Source: Anaerolineae bacterium (GTDB lineage: Bacteria > Chloroflexota > Anaerolineae > JAAYZQ01). Taken from it: a stretch of DNA of 24,000 bases. The translations under genes were made by a program, and so were the position numbers. Positions 14,648 through 23,103 of the stretch are shown one piece after another (position 1 is the stretch's first letter; every line of letters begins with the position of its first letter). The DNA lies in contig DAOQVR010000001.1 of the NCBI GenBank assembly GCA_035341665.1, forward strand, positions 483,275 to 507,274, written 5' to 3'. Under the pieces are notes generated by a model, which saw only the letters and a program-made list of their open reading frames with translations, did not search any database and was not told the origin of the DNA.

Positions 14648-15673
14648 CTACACATGATTCCGCAGCATCAACTCCTTCGGATACGGGTTGAGGTACACCT
14701 GCTGCCAGAGCCACTCCGGCACCGCATGCCGCCGCAGGTGGTGCTTGAGGAGCGTTAGCGGCACGATCAGCGGCACTAGCTCCTGCCGGTAGTCCTCGAT
14801 CAGGCCAAGCAGCTCTCGCTTGTCCTCGGCCGATAGGTCCCTCTTCAGGTAGCCCATCAGGTGCTGCAGTACGTTCACGTGCTTGCGCCGGGTGCCCAGA
14901 AGCGCCAACCCCTCCATGAAGAGCCGGCCGTAGGTGGCTGACAGCTCGGCCCACGAGACCGTCCCCGCTCGGGCCACCAGCCGGCCCATCTCGGTGTAGT
15001 GCTTGGGGCTGTGGGCCATGAGAGTCAGCTTGTGCGCTGTGTGGAACCGCACCAATCCGCCGGGGGTCGGGTCGGTCCTGAGCAGCTCGGTCCAGCGGTA
15101 GTAGGCAAAGATCCGCTCGATGAAATTCTCGCGGAGGGGCAGGTCGTTCAGGCGGCCTTCCTCCTCCAGCGGGAGCAGTGGGAATCGGTCGCGGACGGCG
15201 CGGGCAAAGAGGCCGCTTCCCGTGCGCTCGGCCATGCCGTGCTGGTTGTAGACTTTGACCCGGAATAGCCCGGACGAAGGGGAATCCTTCTTGAACACGA
15301 AGCCACTGAGCTCGCGGGCCGCCAGCCCATCGAGGCGGCTCCTGGCCCACGCCTTCATGCGCTCCGTGTTGTCGGCGCCCGACTTCTGCGCGACCAGACG
15401 CGGGGAGTCGGGATCTCCCACGAGTCGCATGCTTTCCCTGGGAATGCCCAGCCCGATCTCAACCTCTGGGCAGACAGGCTCCCACTCTACGAACTTCCCT
15501 AGCACGTCCACCAGGAAGTGATCGAGCTTATGGCCACCATCGTAGCGCACTCTCTCACCCAGGAGACACGAGCTTATCCCCAGGCGGAGTTTCGGCGCCG
15601 GCGACCCAGCCTGCAGATCATCTCTCATCCAAGTTGCCCCCCCGAGCCCAACCTGAACCAAGGTCTGTCTCAC
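14648..15673 (-). CDS. ybgA: YbgA-like protein: DUF523 (TudS-type 4Fe-4S thiouracil desulfidase family) fused to DUF1722
   Basis: The N-terminus LRLGISSCLLGERVRYDGGHK....PVCPEVEIGLGIPRE is DUF523. The C-terminal half (RIFAYYRW...FHTAHKLTLMAHS...HVNVLQHLMGYLK) is DUF1722. The track start at 15673 is GTG, with AGGAGG 13 nt upstream. ATG 15628 is an alternative. Confidence 0.85.
   Translation of the reverse strand: MRQTLVQVGLGGATWMRDDLQAGSPAPKLRLGISSCLLGERVRYDGGHKLDHFLVDVLGKFVEWEPVCPEVEIGLGIPRESMRLVGDPDSPRLVAQKSGADNTERMKAWARSRLDGLAARELSGFVFKKDSPSSGLFRVKVYNQHGMAERTGSGLFARAVRDRFPLLPLEEEGRLNDLPLRENFIERIFAYYRWTELLRTDPTPGGLVRFHTAHKLTLMAHSPKHYTEMGRLVARAGTVSWAELSATYGRLFMEGLALLGTRRKHVNVLQHLMGYLKRDLSAEDKRELLGLIEDYRQELVPLIVPLTLLKHHLRRHAVPEWLWQQVYLNPYPKELMLRNHV
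15228..15292. repeat. 65-bp stretch identical to 12238-12302
   Basis: Direct comparison of the two regions. The offset is 2990 bp. Confidence 0.8.
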
Positions 15674-15711
15674 ATCGCGCGCCAGTCCTCCTTGGTTCCG
15701 CTCTCCGAACG

Positions 15712-15740
15712 ATTATCGCCCAGGATAGGGTTGCTGACAA
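15712..15740 (-). promoter_or_regulatory. Candidate promoter for the ybgA-like gene (TTGTCA-N17-GATAAT on the minus strand)
   Basis: The -10 is the reverse complement of 15712-15717 and the -35 is the reverse complement of 15735-15740, with a 17-nt spacer. Confidence 0.45.
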
Positions 15741-15877
15741 GCCAAGTCGCTGTTCGCGAGCAACTGCAGCTCGGAGGTTCTGTCATGCGCCGATGCTCCA
15801 GCCATCCTCCGCGGCGGTGGTGCTAGCTCGGGGTGCCCTCACGATGTGACGACCCTGCCCCAAGGCTAGAAGGTCAT

Positions 15878-15906
15878 TTGACACCTCAGAGGCCGTCTGT
15901 TATAAT
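15878..15906 (+). promoter_or_regulatory. Perfect consensus sigma70-type promoter (TTGACA-N17-TATAAT) for the formate dehydrogenase operon
   Basis: TTGACA at 15878-15883, a 17-nt spacer, and TATAAT at 15901-15906. The predicted TSS is near 15913, about 148 nt upstream of the first ATG (16061). Confidence 0.6.
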
Positions 15907-15975
15907 TTTCACAGAGTCGGTGCAGATTCGGGTGATGAGCTTCGACGTGTTACTGCGGCAGATCCAGAGGTTCAG

Positions 15976-16004
15976 CCCCAACCAAGATGGTTGGGGTTTT
16001 CTCT
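15976..16004 (+). terminator. Intrinsic-terminator-like hairpin inside the operon leader (candidate attenuator)
   Basis: CCCCAACCA (15976-15984), loop AGA, TGGTTGGGG (15988-15996), followed by TTTTCTCTGTT. It lies between the consensus promoter and the first gene. Confidence 0.5.
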
Positions 16005-16060
16005 GTTGGTCGAACTCCTGTGCCGAGGACGCTAAAGAAGCAGCATGGTCGAGGTGATGG

Positions 16061-16423
16061 ATGAATCTTCGTACAGTCGTAGCCTTGCTGAGCGGTACCG
16101 TGGGGTCGTCCGAGATCGATCTGGAGCAAGATGTCGTGGCCGGCGCGGCGGCTGATTTGATGAGCGACGTGCTGACATTCGCACGCCCCGACTGCGTGCT
16201 CCTCACTGGTCTGACACACCCCCAGGTGGTGCGCACCGCCGAAATCGCAGGCATCCAGGCAATCGTGTTTGTGCGGGGCAAGCATCCTCCCCGGGAAACA
16301 GTCGAATTGGCTGAGGAGCTCGGGGTCTCGCTCCTGTATACTGGATTCTCGATGTACCAGGCGTGCGGCTTGCTCTACTCGGCAGGACTGCCGCCCACCA
16401 TGGCGGTTAGCCTGCACGACTAG
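16061..16423 (+). CDS. DRTGG-domain protein (copy 1)
   Basis: 120 aa. VLLTGLTHPQVVRTAEIAGIQAIVFVRGKHPPRETVELAEELGVSLLYT fits the DRTGG pattern. GAGGTG lies 4 nt upstream. Confidence 0.65.
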   Translation: MNLRTVVALLSGTVGSSEIDLEQDVVAGAAADLMSDVLTFARPDCVLLTGLTHPQVVRTAEIAGIQAIVFVRGKHPPRETVELAEELGVSLLYTGFSMYQACGLLYSAGLPPTMAVSLHD

Positions 16424-16436
16424 CAGGGAAAGCACC

Positions 16437-17366
16437 ATGGCCGAGCACGTGCCGGAGGTCACCAAGGTCCAGGAGCTTGTCTACGAGCTTCGGATCGAGG
16501 ACGTGATGAGGAGGGACCTAATAACAGTGTCCCCCCAGGCCTCGATGCATGACTTGAAGGAGCTTCTGCGACTGCGCAAGATCTCCGGGGTGCCCGTGGT
16601 CGAAAACGGCAGACTGGTTGGTATTGTCAGCCTGGAGGATCTCATCAAAGCCCTCGAGCAGGGCGACATGGACGCGCTTGTGGGCAGCAAGATGACTACA
16701 CGCGTCGAGACGCTCAACGCGGACGACCCAGTCGTGCAGGCAGTCAACCGGATGAGCCGGTCAGGGTTCGGCCGGTTCCCGGTTGTCGACCGGGCGGGCA
16801 AATTGGTCGGCATCTTGACTCGCGGTGAGGTGATCCGTGGTTTGCTCAGGCGACTCGAGGTAAGCCTCCGCGAGGATGAGATCCGGCGCTACCGCGCCAG
16901 TCACATCTTTGAGGATATCGTCTCGGATCGGACCAGCCTGATTCTCCGCTACTCTGTCAGGGCGAGGGACTTCGCCAAAGGGGGCTCGGCTTCCAGCCGG
17001 ATCAAAAGGGCGATCGAAGCGCTTGGCGGCAACCCGGCACTTGCACGCCGGGTAGGGGTAGCAGCCTACGAGGCAGAGATGAACTTGGTGATCCACGCCG
17101 ACGACGGCGGGGAGCTCATGGTGGAAGCAGTTCCAGACCAGATCTACATGCTTGTCACAGACGTGGGACCGGGCATTCCAGACGTGGACATCGCGATGAG
17201 TCCCGGTTTCTCCACCGCGCCCGACTGGATCCGCGAGATGGGCTTTGGAGCTGGCATGGGGCTGATCAACATACGCAACTGCGCAGACGAGATGAAGGTG
17301 AGGTCTGTAGTTGGCTCAGGGACGTGGCTTGAGGCTTGGTTCCGTATTCCACCCAGGATGGGGTAG
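16437..17366 (+). CDS. CBS-pair protein fused to an anti-sigma/SpoIIAB-like HATPase (putative Ser kinase)
   Basis: Two CBS motifs (VMRRDLITVSP...ISGVPVVENGRLVGIVS and VETLNADDP...FGRFPVVDRAGKLVGILT). The C-terminus (AAYEAEMNLVIHA....DVGPGIPD....GFGAGMGL) is GHKL ATPase-like. ATG 16437 was chosen because the 56 upstream track codons overlap the previous gene. Confidence 0.8.
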   Translation: MAEHVPEVTKVQELVYELRIEDVMRRDLITVSPQASMHDLKELLRLRKISGVPVVENGRLVGIVSLEDLIKALEQGDMDALVGSKMTTRVETLNADDPVVQAVNRMSRSGFGRFPVVDRAGKLVGILTRGEVIRGLLRRLEVSLREDEIRRYRASHIFEDIVSDRTSLILRYSVRARDFAKGGSASSRIKRAIEALGGNPALARRVGVAAYEAEMNLVIHADDGGELMVEAVPDQIYMLVTDVGPGIPDVDIAMSPGFSTAPDWIREMGFGAGMGLINIRNCADEMKVRSVVGSGTWLEAWFRIPPRMG

Positions 17367-17417
17367 GTGTAGAGGGCGAGGAGTTCTCTCCCGGGTCAAG
17401 GGAAAACAGAGGAAAGA

Positions 17418-17783
17418 ATGACAGTTGATGAGGCAGTGGATCTCTTGGGCTTGCGGGTGTTGGCTGGTCGCGATCTTGAGCGCAAGGTCACGGGCGGCTA
17501 CGCCTCGGATATGCTAAGCTGCGTGATGGCCAAGGCCAAAGAGGGCAACATCTGGGTTACACTGCAGGCGCACCAGAATGTCGTGGCGGTGGGCTCGCTT
17601 CTGAACCTGGCCGCCATAGTCGTTACAGAGGGAGTTGAGCCGGATCACGACACGCTCGCGCGGGCGGATGAGCAAGGAGTGGTCGTGCTCTCGTCTGCCC
17701 AGGACAGCTTTGCGGTGGCTGGTCGGCTGTACGAGGCGGGAATCCGTGGTTCGCAGCCCGATGTGGCGCTATCTACTGGCTGA
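17418..17783 (+). CDS. DRTGG-domain protein (copy 2)
   Basis: 121 aa with the same architecture as 16061-16423 (ASDMLSCVM...IWVTLQAHQNVVAVGSLLNLAAIVVTEGVEPDHDTLARADEQGVVVL). Confidence 0.65.
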   Translation: MTVDEAVDLLGLRVLAGRDLERKVTGGYASDMLSCVMAKAKEGNIWVTLQAHQNVVAVGSLLNLAAIVVTEGVEPDHDTLARADEQGVVVLSSAQDSFAVAGRLYEAGIRGSQPDVALSTG

Positions 17784-18498
17784 TTTGCACCTTCACACCG
17801 TCCTGTCTCCGTGCGCGGAGGTGGAGATGATTCCGCCTCTCATTGTGCAGAGAGCGCGCGAGCTGGGACTCGAAGTGATTGCGGTGACCGACCACAATGC
17901 GATGCTAAATGCGCCGGCCGTCCAGGAGGCAGCTGGGGCGAGCCTGACCGTCCTACCTGGCATGGAAGTCATGAGCCGCGAGGAGGTGCACCTGGTGTGC
18001 CTCTTTGACCACGTTTCGCAGGCCGCCGAGCTGCAGGAGCGCGTATGGGAAGCACTCCCGCCGGGAGAGAACAATGAGGAGTACTTCGGGGCGCAATACG
18101 TAGTCGACTCAACAGGCGCATATTTGAGGACGGAAACGCGCCTTCTGTCAGCCGCCACCACGCTCTCGGTCGATGATGTCGCAATGATTGTTCATGGCTT
18201 GGGCGGGATCGTCGTGGCGGCGCATGTGGATCGCCCGTGGGCAAGCCTGATTGCGAACTTGGGCTTTGTGCCGCGCGGCCTTGCGCTTGCAGGTCTGGAC
18301 CTGTCGCGGAGAGCGAGCCTGGAGGAGGTTGAGCGCAGGCTGCCGCAGACTGTGGGTTGGGGAAAGGTGGTCAGCGGCGACGCGCACCGCCTTGAGGAGA
18401 TGACGGCAAGGACTATGCTCAAGGTCCAGGAGCCGACGGTCGCCGAGTTGGCGCTGGCCCTGAAGGCCATGAGCGGCCGGCGTGTCCAGATAGACTAG
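17761..18498 (+). CDS. PHP-domain metal-dependent phosphoesterase
   Basis: LADLHLHTVLSPCAE...VIAVTDHN is the PHP signature. ATG 17761 overlaps the preceding gene by 23 nt. The upstream track codons lie within that gene. Confidence 0.75.
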   Translation: MWRYLLADLHLHTVLSPCAEVEMIPPLIVQRARELGLEVIAVTDHNAMLNAPAVQEAAGASLTVLPGMEVMSREEVHLVCLFDHVSQAAELQERVWEALPPGENNEEYFGAQYVVDSTGAYLRTETRLLSAATTLSVDDVAMIVHGLGGIVVAAHVDRPWASLIANLGFVPRGLALAGLDLSRRASLEEVERRLPQTVGWGKVVSGDAHRLEEMTARTMLKVQEPTVAELALALKAMSGRRVQID

Positions 18499-18507
18499 GA
18501 GGGGTTC

Positions 18508-18975
18508 ATGGAGCAAGAAGCATTGGATCTGACACCGCTGAAGAAGGTGCTGGAGGAGTACCGATCTCAGCATGGGGCGGTCATCCCCGTGTTGCAGAAG
18601 GCGCAGGAGATCTATGGCTGGCTTCCCCGGGAGGTATTGGAGGCAGTCGCCAAGGGTATGCATGTCCCACTGAGTCGCATCTACGGGGTAGTCACCTTCT
18701 ATGCGCAGTTCTACCTGTCACGACGCGGTAGGCACATCGTGCGCCAATGCGACGGGACTGCTTGCCATGTGCGGGGCGCCGCCAAGATAGTGGACGTGGC
18801 ACAGAATCGGCTCGGGATTAAGACGGGCGAGACAACGCCTGATTACCGCGTAACCTTTGAGGTTGTGTACTGCCTGGGCTCCTGTGGTCTGGCTCCGGTT
18901 GCCATGGTGGACGACAAGGTCGTGGGACATCTGGTACCGGAGACAATGGTGGGCCTGCTGGACTCGCTCTCATAG
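18508..18975 (+). CDS. NuoE/HydC-like [2Fe-2S] subunit
   Basis: AVIPVLQKAQEIYGWLP..., then CDGTACHVRG and CLGSCGLAP, the NuoE Cys pattern. AGGAGG lies upstream. Confidence 0.9.
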   Translation: MEQEALDLTPLKKVLEEYRSQHGAVIPVLQKAQEIYGWLPREVLEAVAKGMHVPLSRIYGVVTFYAQFYLSRRGRHIVRQCDGTACHVRGAAKIVDVAQNRLGIKTGETTPDYRVTFEVVYCLGSCGLAPVAMVDDKVVGHLVPETMVGLLDSLS

Positions 18976-18994
18976 GGACGGTGGCGGCGCCACT

Positions 18995-19558
18995 ATGCGT
19001 GAGCTGTCGATGCACATCCTCGACTTGCTGGAGAACGCGCTGGAGGCCGGCGCGACCCTGGTCGATCTCAAGATCGATGAGGATTTGGCAGCCGATCAGC
19101 TTGTGATTGAGGTCAGTGACGACGGACGTGGAATGGATGCAGTGACCGCCCGGCGAGCGCTAGATCCATTCTACACGACGCGGACGACCCGGCACGTGGG
19201 CCTGGGGCTGCCGCTCCTAAAGGCCGCCGCCGAACGGTGCGGGGGGAGCCTGGCGCTCACTTCGAAAGTCGGCTCAGGCACGCAGGTACGGGCAACGTTC
19301 GTGCATAGCCACATGGATCGCGCACCGCTCGGCAGAATAGGTGACAGCCTTCTGGCGTTTCTGATGAGCGACATGGGGGCTGGATTGATCTACAGGCACC
19401 GGGTTGGCGAGAACGTCTTCGAGATGGACTCAACTGCAGTCAAGTCGGAGCTGGATGGGGTCCCGCTATCCCATCCTAGGGTTCGAGAGTGGCTGTACGA
19501 GGCAATTCGCGAAGGCGAGCGCGAGCTCTATTTGGAGAGTCAGGTTGATTCGACCTGA
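18995..19558 (+). CDS. Small GHKL/HATPase_c ATP-binding protein
   Basis: HILDLLENALEAGA (N box), VSDDGRGMD (G1) and GLGLPLL (G2). The start is set at ATG 18995. The upstream track codons overlap the nuoE-like gene. Confidence 0.7.
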   Translation: MRELSMHILDLLENALEAGATLVDLKIDEDLAADQLVIEVSDDGRGMDAVTARRALDPFYTTRTTRHVGLGLPLLKAAAERCGGSLALTSKVGSGTQVRATFVHSHMDRAPLGRIGDSLLAFLMSDMGAGLIYRHRVGENVFEMDSTAVKSELDGVPLSHPRVREWLYEAIREGERELYLESQVDST

Positions 19559-19580
19559 TGGAGGACTTGATGGAGGGAAA

Positions 19581-19961
19581 ATGGCCAAGCTGAAGAGCAT
19601 TGAGGAACTGCAGCGAATCCGGGAGCAAGCTCAGAAGGATTTGAAGGTGCGCACGGAGACCGGTACCAAGATCATCGTGGGCATGGGCACGTGCGGGATT
19701 GCGGCCGGGGCGCGTGAGACTATGCACGCGATCCTGGAAGAGCTCAACAAGCAGAGCATTGACGCCAACGTCACGACCGTCGGCTGCATAGGTATGTGCT
19801 CCAAAGAGCCGTTGGTTGACATCGAACAGGCGGGGAAACCCCGCATTACCTACTGCAACGTTCACCCCGACATGGTTCCCCGCATCATTGACGAGCATCT
19901 ACTGAAGGGACAGGTGGTGCAGGAGTGGGCCATGGGGCGCGTTGCAGATCAGCGAAATTGA
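19581..19961 (+). CDS. Thioredoxin-like [2Fe-2S] ferredoxin (HydD-like small subunit)
   Basis: IIVGMGTCGIAAGA ... VGCIGMCSKEPLV. ATG 19581 is preceded by GGAGGG. Confidence 0.8.
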   Translation: MAKLKSIEELQRIREQAQKDLKVRTETGTKIIVGMGTCGIAAGARETMHAILEELNKQSIDANVTTVGCIGMCSKEPLVDIEQAGKPRITYCNVHPDMVPRIIDEHLLKGQVVQEWAMGRVADQRN

Positions 19962-19989
19962 GGGCACCGATTCGACGGAGGTATGGCGC

Positions 19990-22900
19990 ATGACCGAAGC
20001 ATTGTATAGGGCGAACGTACTCCTGTGCGGTGGAACAGGGTGCGAGGCTTCAAACTCCCGCAGCACCTTTGAGTCACTGGTCCAGGAGCTGGAACGTCGC
20101 GGGCTGTCGGGTGAGGTTGAGGCGATTCACACCGGCTGTCGTGGTTTCTGTGCGATGGGCCCGGTGATGATTATCTACCCGGACGGCATCTTTTACTGCC
20201 AGGTGAAGCCGGAGGACATTCCTCTCCTTGTGGAAGAGACGCTGGTCAAGGGACGCGTGGTCGAGCGGCTGACTTACAAAGAGCCCTCGGGGCACCAGGC
20301 AGTCCCCTTCTACGGCGAGATACCCTTCTACAGCAAGCAACTGCGGATCACGCTCCGCAACTGCGGAATGATTGACCCCGAGAGCATCGATGAGTACATC
20401 GCCCGCGACGGCTACCAGGCGCTCTCGAAGGTTCTCTCATCAATGAGCCCGCAGGATGTGTACGAAGAGGTGAAAAAGTCCGGACTCCGCGGCCGCGGCG
20501 GGGCGGGCTTCCCCGTGGGTCTGAAGTGGCAGTTCACGGCCAAGGCACCGGGTGACGTCAAGTACGTGGTCTGCAACGCGGACGAAGGCGACCCTGGGGC
20601 GTTCATGGACCGCTCGCTGATCGAGGGCGACCCACACAGCCTGATCGAGGGAATGACAATCTGTGCCTACGCCGTGGGTGCGAAGGATGGGTACGTGTAC
20701 TGCAGAGCAGAGTACCCTCTGGCCATCAAGCGGCTCAAGATAGCGATCGCGCAGGCCGAAGACTACGGGCTCATGGGCGATGGCATCCTGGGTACTGATT
20801 TCTCGTTTCACCTTCATGTCAAGGAAGGTGCTGGGGCGTTTGTCTGCGGCGAGGAGACGGCCCTCCTGGCGTCGATCGAAGGTCGCCGCGGCGAGCCCAG
20901 GCCGCGCCCACCCTTCCCGGCGGTGGCTGGCCTGTGGGGAAAGCCAACGAACCTCAACAACGTCAAGAGCTACTGCAATGCCCCACCGATCATCTTGCAC
21001 GGGGCCGACTGGTTTGCCGGCATCGGCTCGCCGCGTTCGCCGGGGACCGCGATCTTTGCGCTAACCGGGAAGGTCAACAACACCGGCCTGGTGGAAGTCC
21101 CGATGGGCATTACGTTGGGCGAGATCATCTACGATATCGGTGGCGGCATTCTTGACGGCAAGCAGTTCAAAGCCGTGCAGACTGGCGGACCGCTTGGAGG
21201 CTGTATTCCGGCCGAGCACCTCAATGTGCGGGTGGACTTTGACTCGCTCAAGGAGGTGGGGGCCGTGATGGGCTCAGGCGGCATGATCGTGGTGGACGAA
21301 GACACTTGCATGGTTGAGTTCGCCAAGTTCTTCCTGACCTTCGCCACGGCCGAGAGCTGCGGAAAGTGCGTCCCGTGCCGCGTGGGAGGCAAGCGACTTC
21401 TGGAGGTCCTCACTCGGATAACCGAGGGGAAGGGCCGCATGGAGGACTTGGACACCATCCGGCAGTTGGCGTCTGGAATGGAGACCGGATCCCTTTGTGC
21501 GCTTGGGCAGCTCACTCCGGGTCCGATCAATGCAGCTCTGCGCTATTTTGAGGAGGAGTTTCGCACGCACATCGTCGAGAAGCGCTGCCCCGCGGGTGCA
21601 TGCAAGGAGCTGGTGCGCGCCCGGTGCACCAACGCTTGCCCGGCCGACGTCGATGTGCCGAGCTACTTGTCGCTGATTGCGCAGGGACGCTATGCCGAGG
21701 GGCTTGAGATTCACCGTCGTACGAATCCCTTCGCTCTGGCATGCGGGCGGGTCTGCCCCGCATTCTGCGAGGCGCGCTGCCGTCGTGCCGACATCGACGA
21801 GTCGATCGCCATCCGCTCGGCCAAGCGCTTCATGGCGGACCATGAGCTTGCCAACCCATGGACACCCCCAATCACTGGCAAACCAAAGACCGAGCGAGTA
21901 GCCGTCGTCGGTTCTGGGCCGGCCGGGCTGACCGCTGCGCTAAGGCTGGCGCAGCAGGGCTATCAGGTGACCGTGTTTGAGAAGCTGCCAGTCGCCGGGG
22001 GAATGATGGCCGTTGGCATCCCAGAGTACCGGTTGCCCAGAGACATTCTGAATGTCGAGATCGACAACATCCGCAGGGCTGGCGTCGAAATCCGCTGCAA
22101 CCAGGAACTGGGACGCGACATAACGATCGGGTCGCTGATGGATGAAAGCGGGTACAAAGCAGTGGTGCTTGCCATTGGCGCGCACAGGAGCGGCAAGCTC
22201 CGGATCGAGGGCGAAGACAAGAGTGGCGTTCTTCCGGGTGCCGACTTCCTGCGCGACGTGGCGCTGGGCAACCCGCCCGACCTGCGCGGCAAGCGAGTCG
22301 GCGTGGTCGGCGGCGGCAATGTGGCCATCGATGCGGTACGCACCGCATGGAGGCTGGGGGCAGCCGAGGTTCATGTCATCTATCGCCGTCGGAAGGAGGA
22401 TATGCCCGCCTATGCCGAGGAGATCCAGGCAGCAGCTGACGAAGGGGCGGTCTTCCACTTCCTGACCAACCCAACCCGCGTTTTGGGTGACCGAGTCGTG
22501 ACGGGTGTCGAGTGCCTCAAGCACACCCTGGGCGAGTTTGACCGAAGCGGGCGGCGGCGCCCGGTTGCGCTCTCCGGCTCGGAGTTCGTCATAGAGCTTG
22601 ACATCCTGATCCCGGCCATCGGCCAGCTGCCCGACTCCGAAGGCCTTGCAGATCAGATTGAGCTGAAGCGAGACAGCACATTGGCTGTCAGTGACGCGCT
22701 GCTCACCAGTCAGCCGGGGGTCTTTGGCGCAGGTGATGTGGTACTGGGCCCGGCCTCCGTCGTGCAGGCTGTGGCTCAGGGGAACCAAGTTGCGCGCGCT
22801 GTGGATCGATACCTCAGAACCGGGGAAACCGATCGAGTCATTACGCTTCCGGGCTATGAGGTAGTGGAACAGCAGTTCAATCTGGACGACTACTCCGAGG

Positions 22901-23103
22901 CCAAGCGGCCCAAGATGCCCGAGCGCCCGCTCGCTGAGCGGAAAGGCAGCTTTGCCGAAGTGGAGCTCGGAATGTCTGAGGATGCGGTTCGGGAGGAGTG
23001 CAAGCGCTGCCTGCGCTGCGATCTGGAGTGGCTCGGCGAGATGCAACTGGCGTTCCAGCCTGTGGCTGTCCGCGAGCTGGAAGAGGAGACAGTGGGAGTA
23101 TGA
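19990..23103 (+). CDS. NuoF/HydB-like FMN/NAD(H) subunit fused to a GltD/NfnB-like FAD/NAD(P)H oxidoreductase
   Basis: N-terminal Trx-like 2Fe-2S domain (LLCGGTGC...GCRGFCAMGP). NuoF core (GLRGRGGAGFPVGLKWQF, NADEGDPGAF, ESCGKCVPCRVG). GltD-type Fe-S region follows (NACPADVDV...CGRVCPAFCEARC). Two dinucleotide folds are present (VAVVGSGPAGLTAA, VGVVGGGNVAIDA). ATG 19990 has GGAGG 9 nt upstream. Confidence 0.9.
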   Translation: MTEALYRANVLLCGGTGCEASNSRSTFESLVQELERRGLSGEVEAIHTGCRGFCAMGPVMIIYPDGIFYCQVKPEDIPLLVEETLVKGRVVERLTYKEPSGHQAVPFYGEIPFYSKQLRITLRNCGMIDPESIDEYIARDGYQALSKVLSSMSPQDVYEEVKKSGLRGRGGAGFPVGLKWQFTAKAPGDVKYVVCNADEGDPGAFMDRSLIEGDPHSLIEGMTICAYAVGAKDGYVYCRAEYPLAIKRLKIAIAQAEDYGLMGDGILGTDFSFHLHVKEGAGAFVCGEETALLASIEGRRGEPRPRPPFPAVAGLWGKPTNLNNVKSYCNAPPIILHGADWFAGIGSPRSPGTAIFALTGKVNNTGLVEVPMGITLGEIIYDIGGGILDGKQFKAVQTGGPLGGCIPAEHLNVRVDFDSLKEVGAVMGSGGMIVVDEDTCMVEFAKFFLTFATAESCGKCVPCRVGGKRLLEVLTRITEGKGRMEDLDTIRQLASGMETGSLCALGQLTPGPINAALRYFEEEFRTHIVEKRCPAGACKELVRARCTNACPADVDVPSYLSLIAQGRYAEGLEIHRRTNPFALACGRVCPAFCEARCRRADIDESIAIRSAKRFMADHELANPWTPPITGKPKTERVAVVGSGPAGLTAALRLAQQGYQVTVFEKLPVAGGMMAVGIPEYRLPRDILNVEIDNIRRAGVEIRCNQELGRDITIGSLMDESGYKAVVLAIGAHRSGKLRIEGEDKSGVLPGADFLRDVALGNPPDLRGKRVGVVGGGNVAIDAVRTAWRLGAAEVHVIYRRRKEDMPAYAEEIQAAADEGAVFHFLTNPTRVLGDRVVTGVECLKHTLGEFDRSGRRRPVALSGSEFVIELDILIPAIGQLPDSEGLADQIELKRDSTLAVSDALLTSQPGVFGAGDVVLGPASVVQAVAQGNQVARAVDRYLRTGETDRVITLPGYEVVEQQFNLDDYSEAKRPKMPERPLAERKGSFAEVELGMSEDAVREECKRCLRCDLEWLGEMQLAFQPVAVRELEEETVGV

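Noticed and set aside
11658-15673. Calling the cassette region an active integrative mobile element or an integron.
   Set aside because: I recognise no integrase, transposase, attC-like repeats or terminal inverted repeats in the window. Only the footprint (duplicated gene ends plus foreign-looking cargo) is supported.
15913-15975. Moco or other known riboswitch in the formate dehydrogenase leader.
   Set aside because: The segment upstream of the terminator hairpin is only about 63 nt. That is much shorter than the Moco RNA motif as I recall it, and I do not recognise conserved motifs of any class. The regulator is left unknown.
15935-16057. 40-codon ORF (MSFDVLLRQIQRFSPNQDGW...) in the operon leader, considered as a regulatory leader peptide.
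   Set aside because: There is no properly spaced SD, because GGGTG abuts the ATG. There is no run of codons for a particular amino acid, and the ORF reads through the terminator hairpin rather than ending before it.
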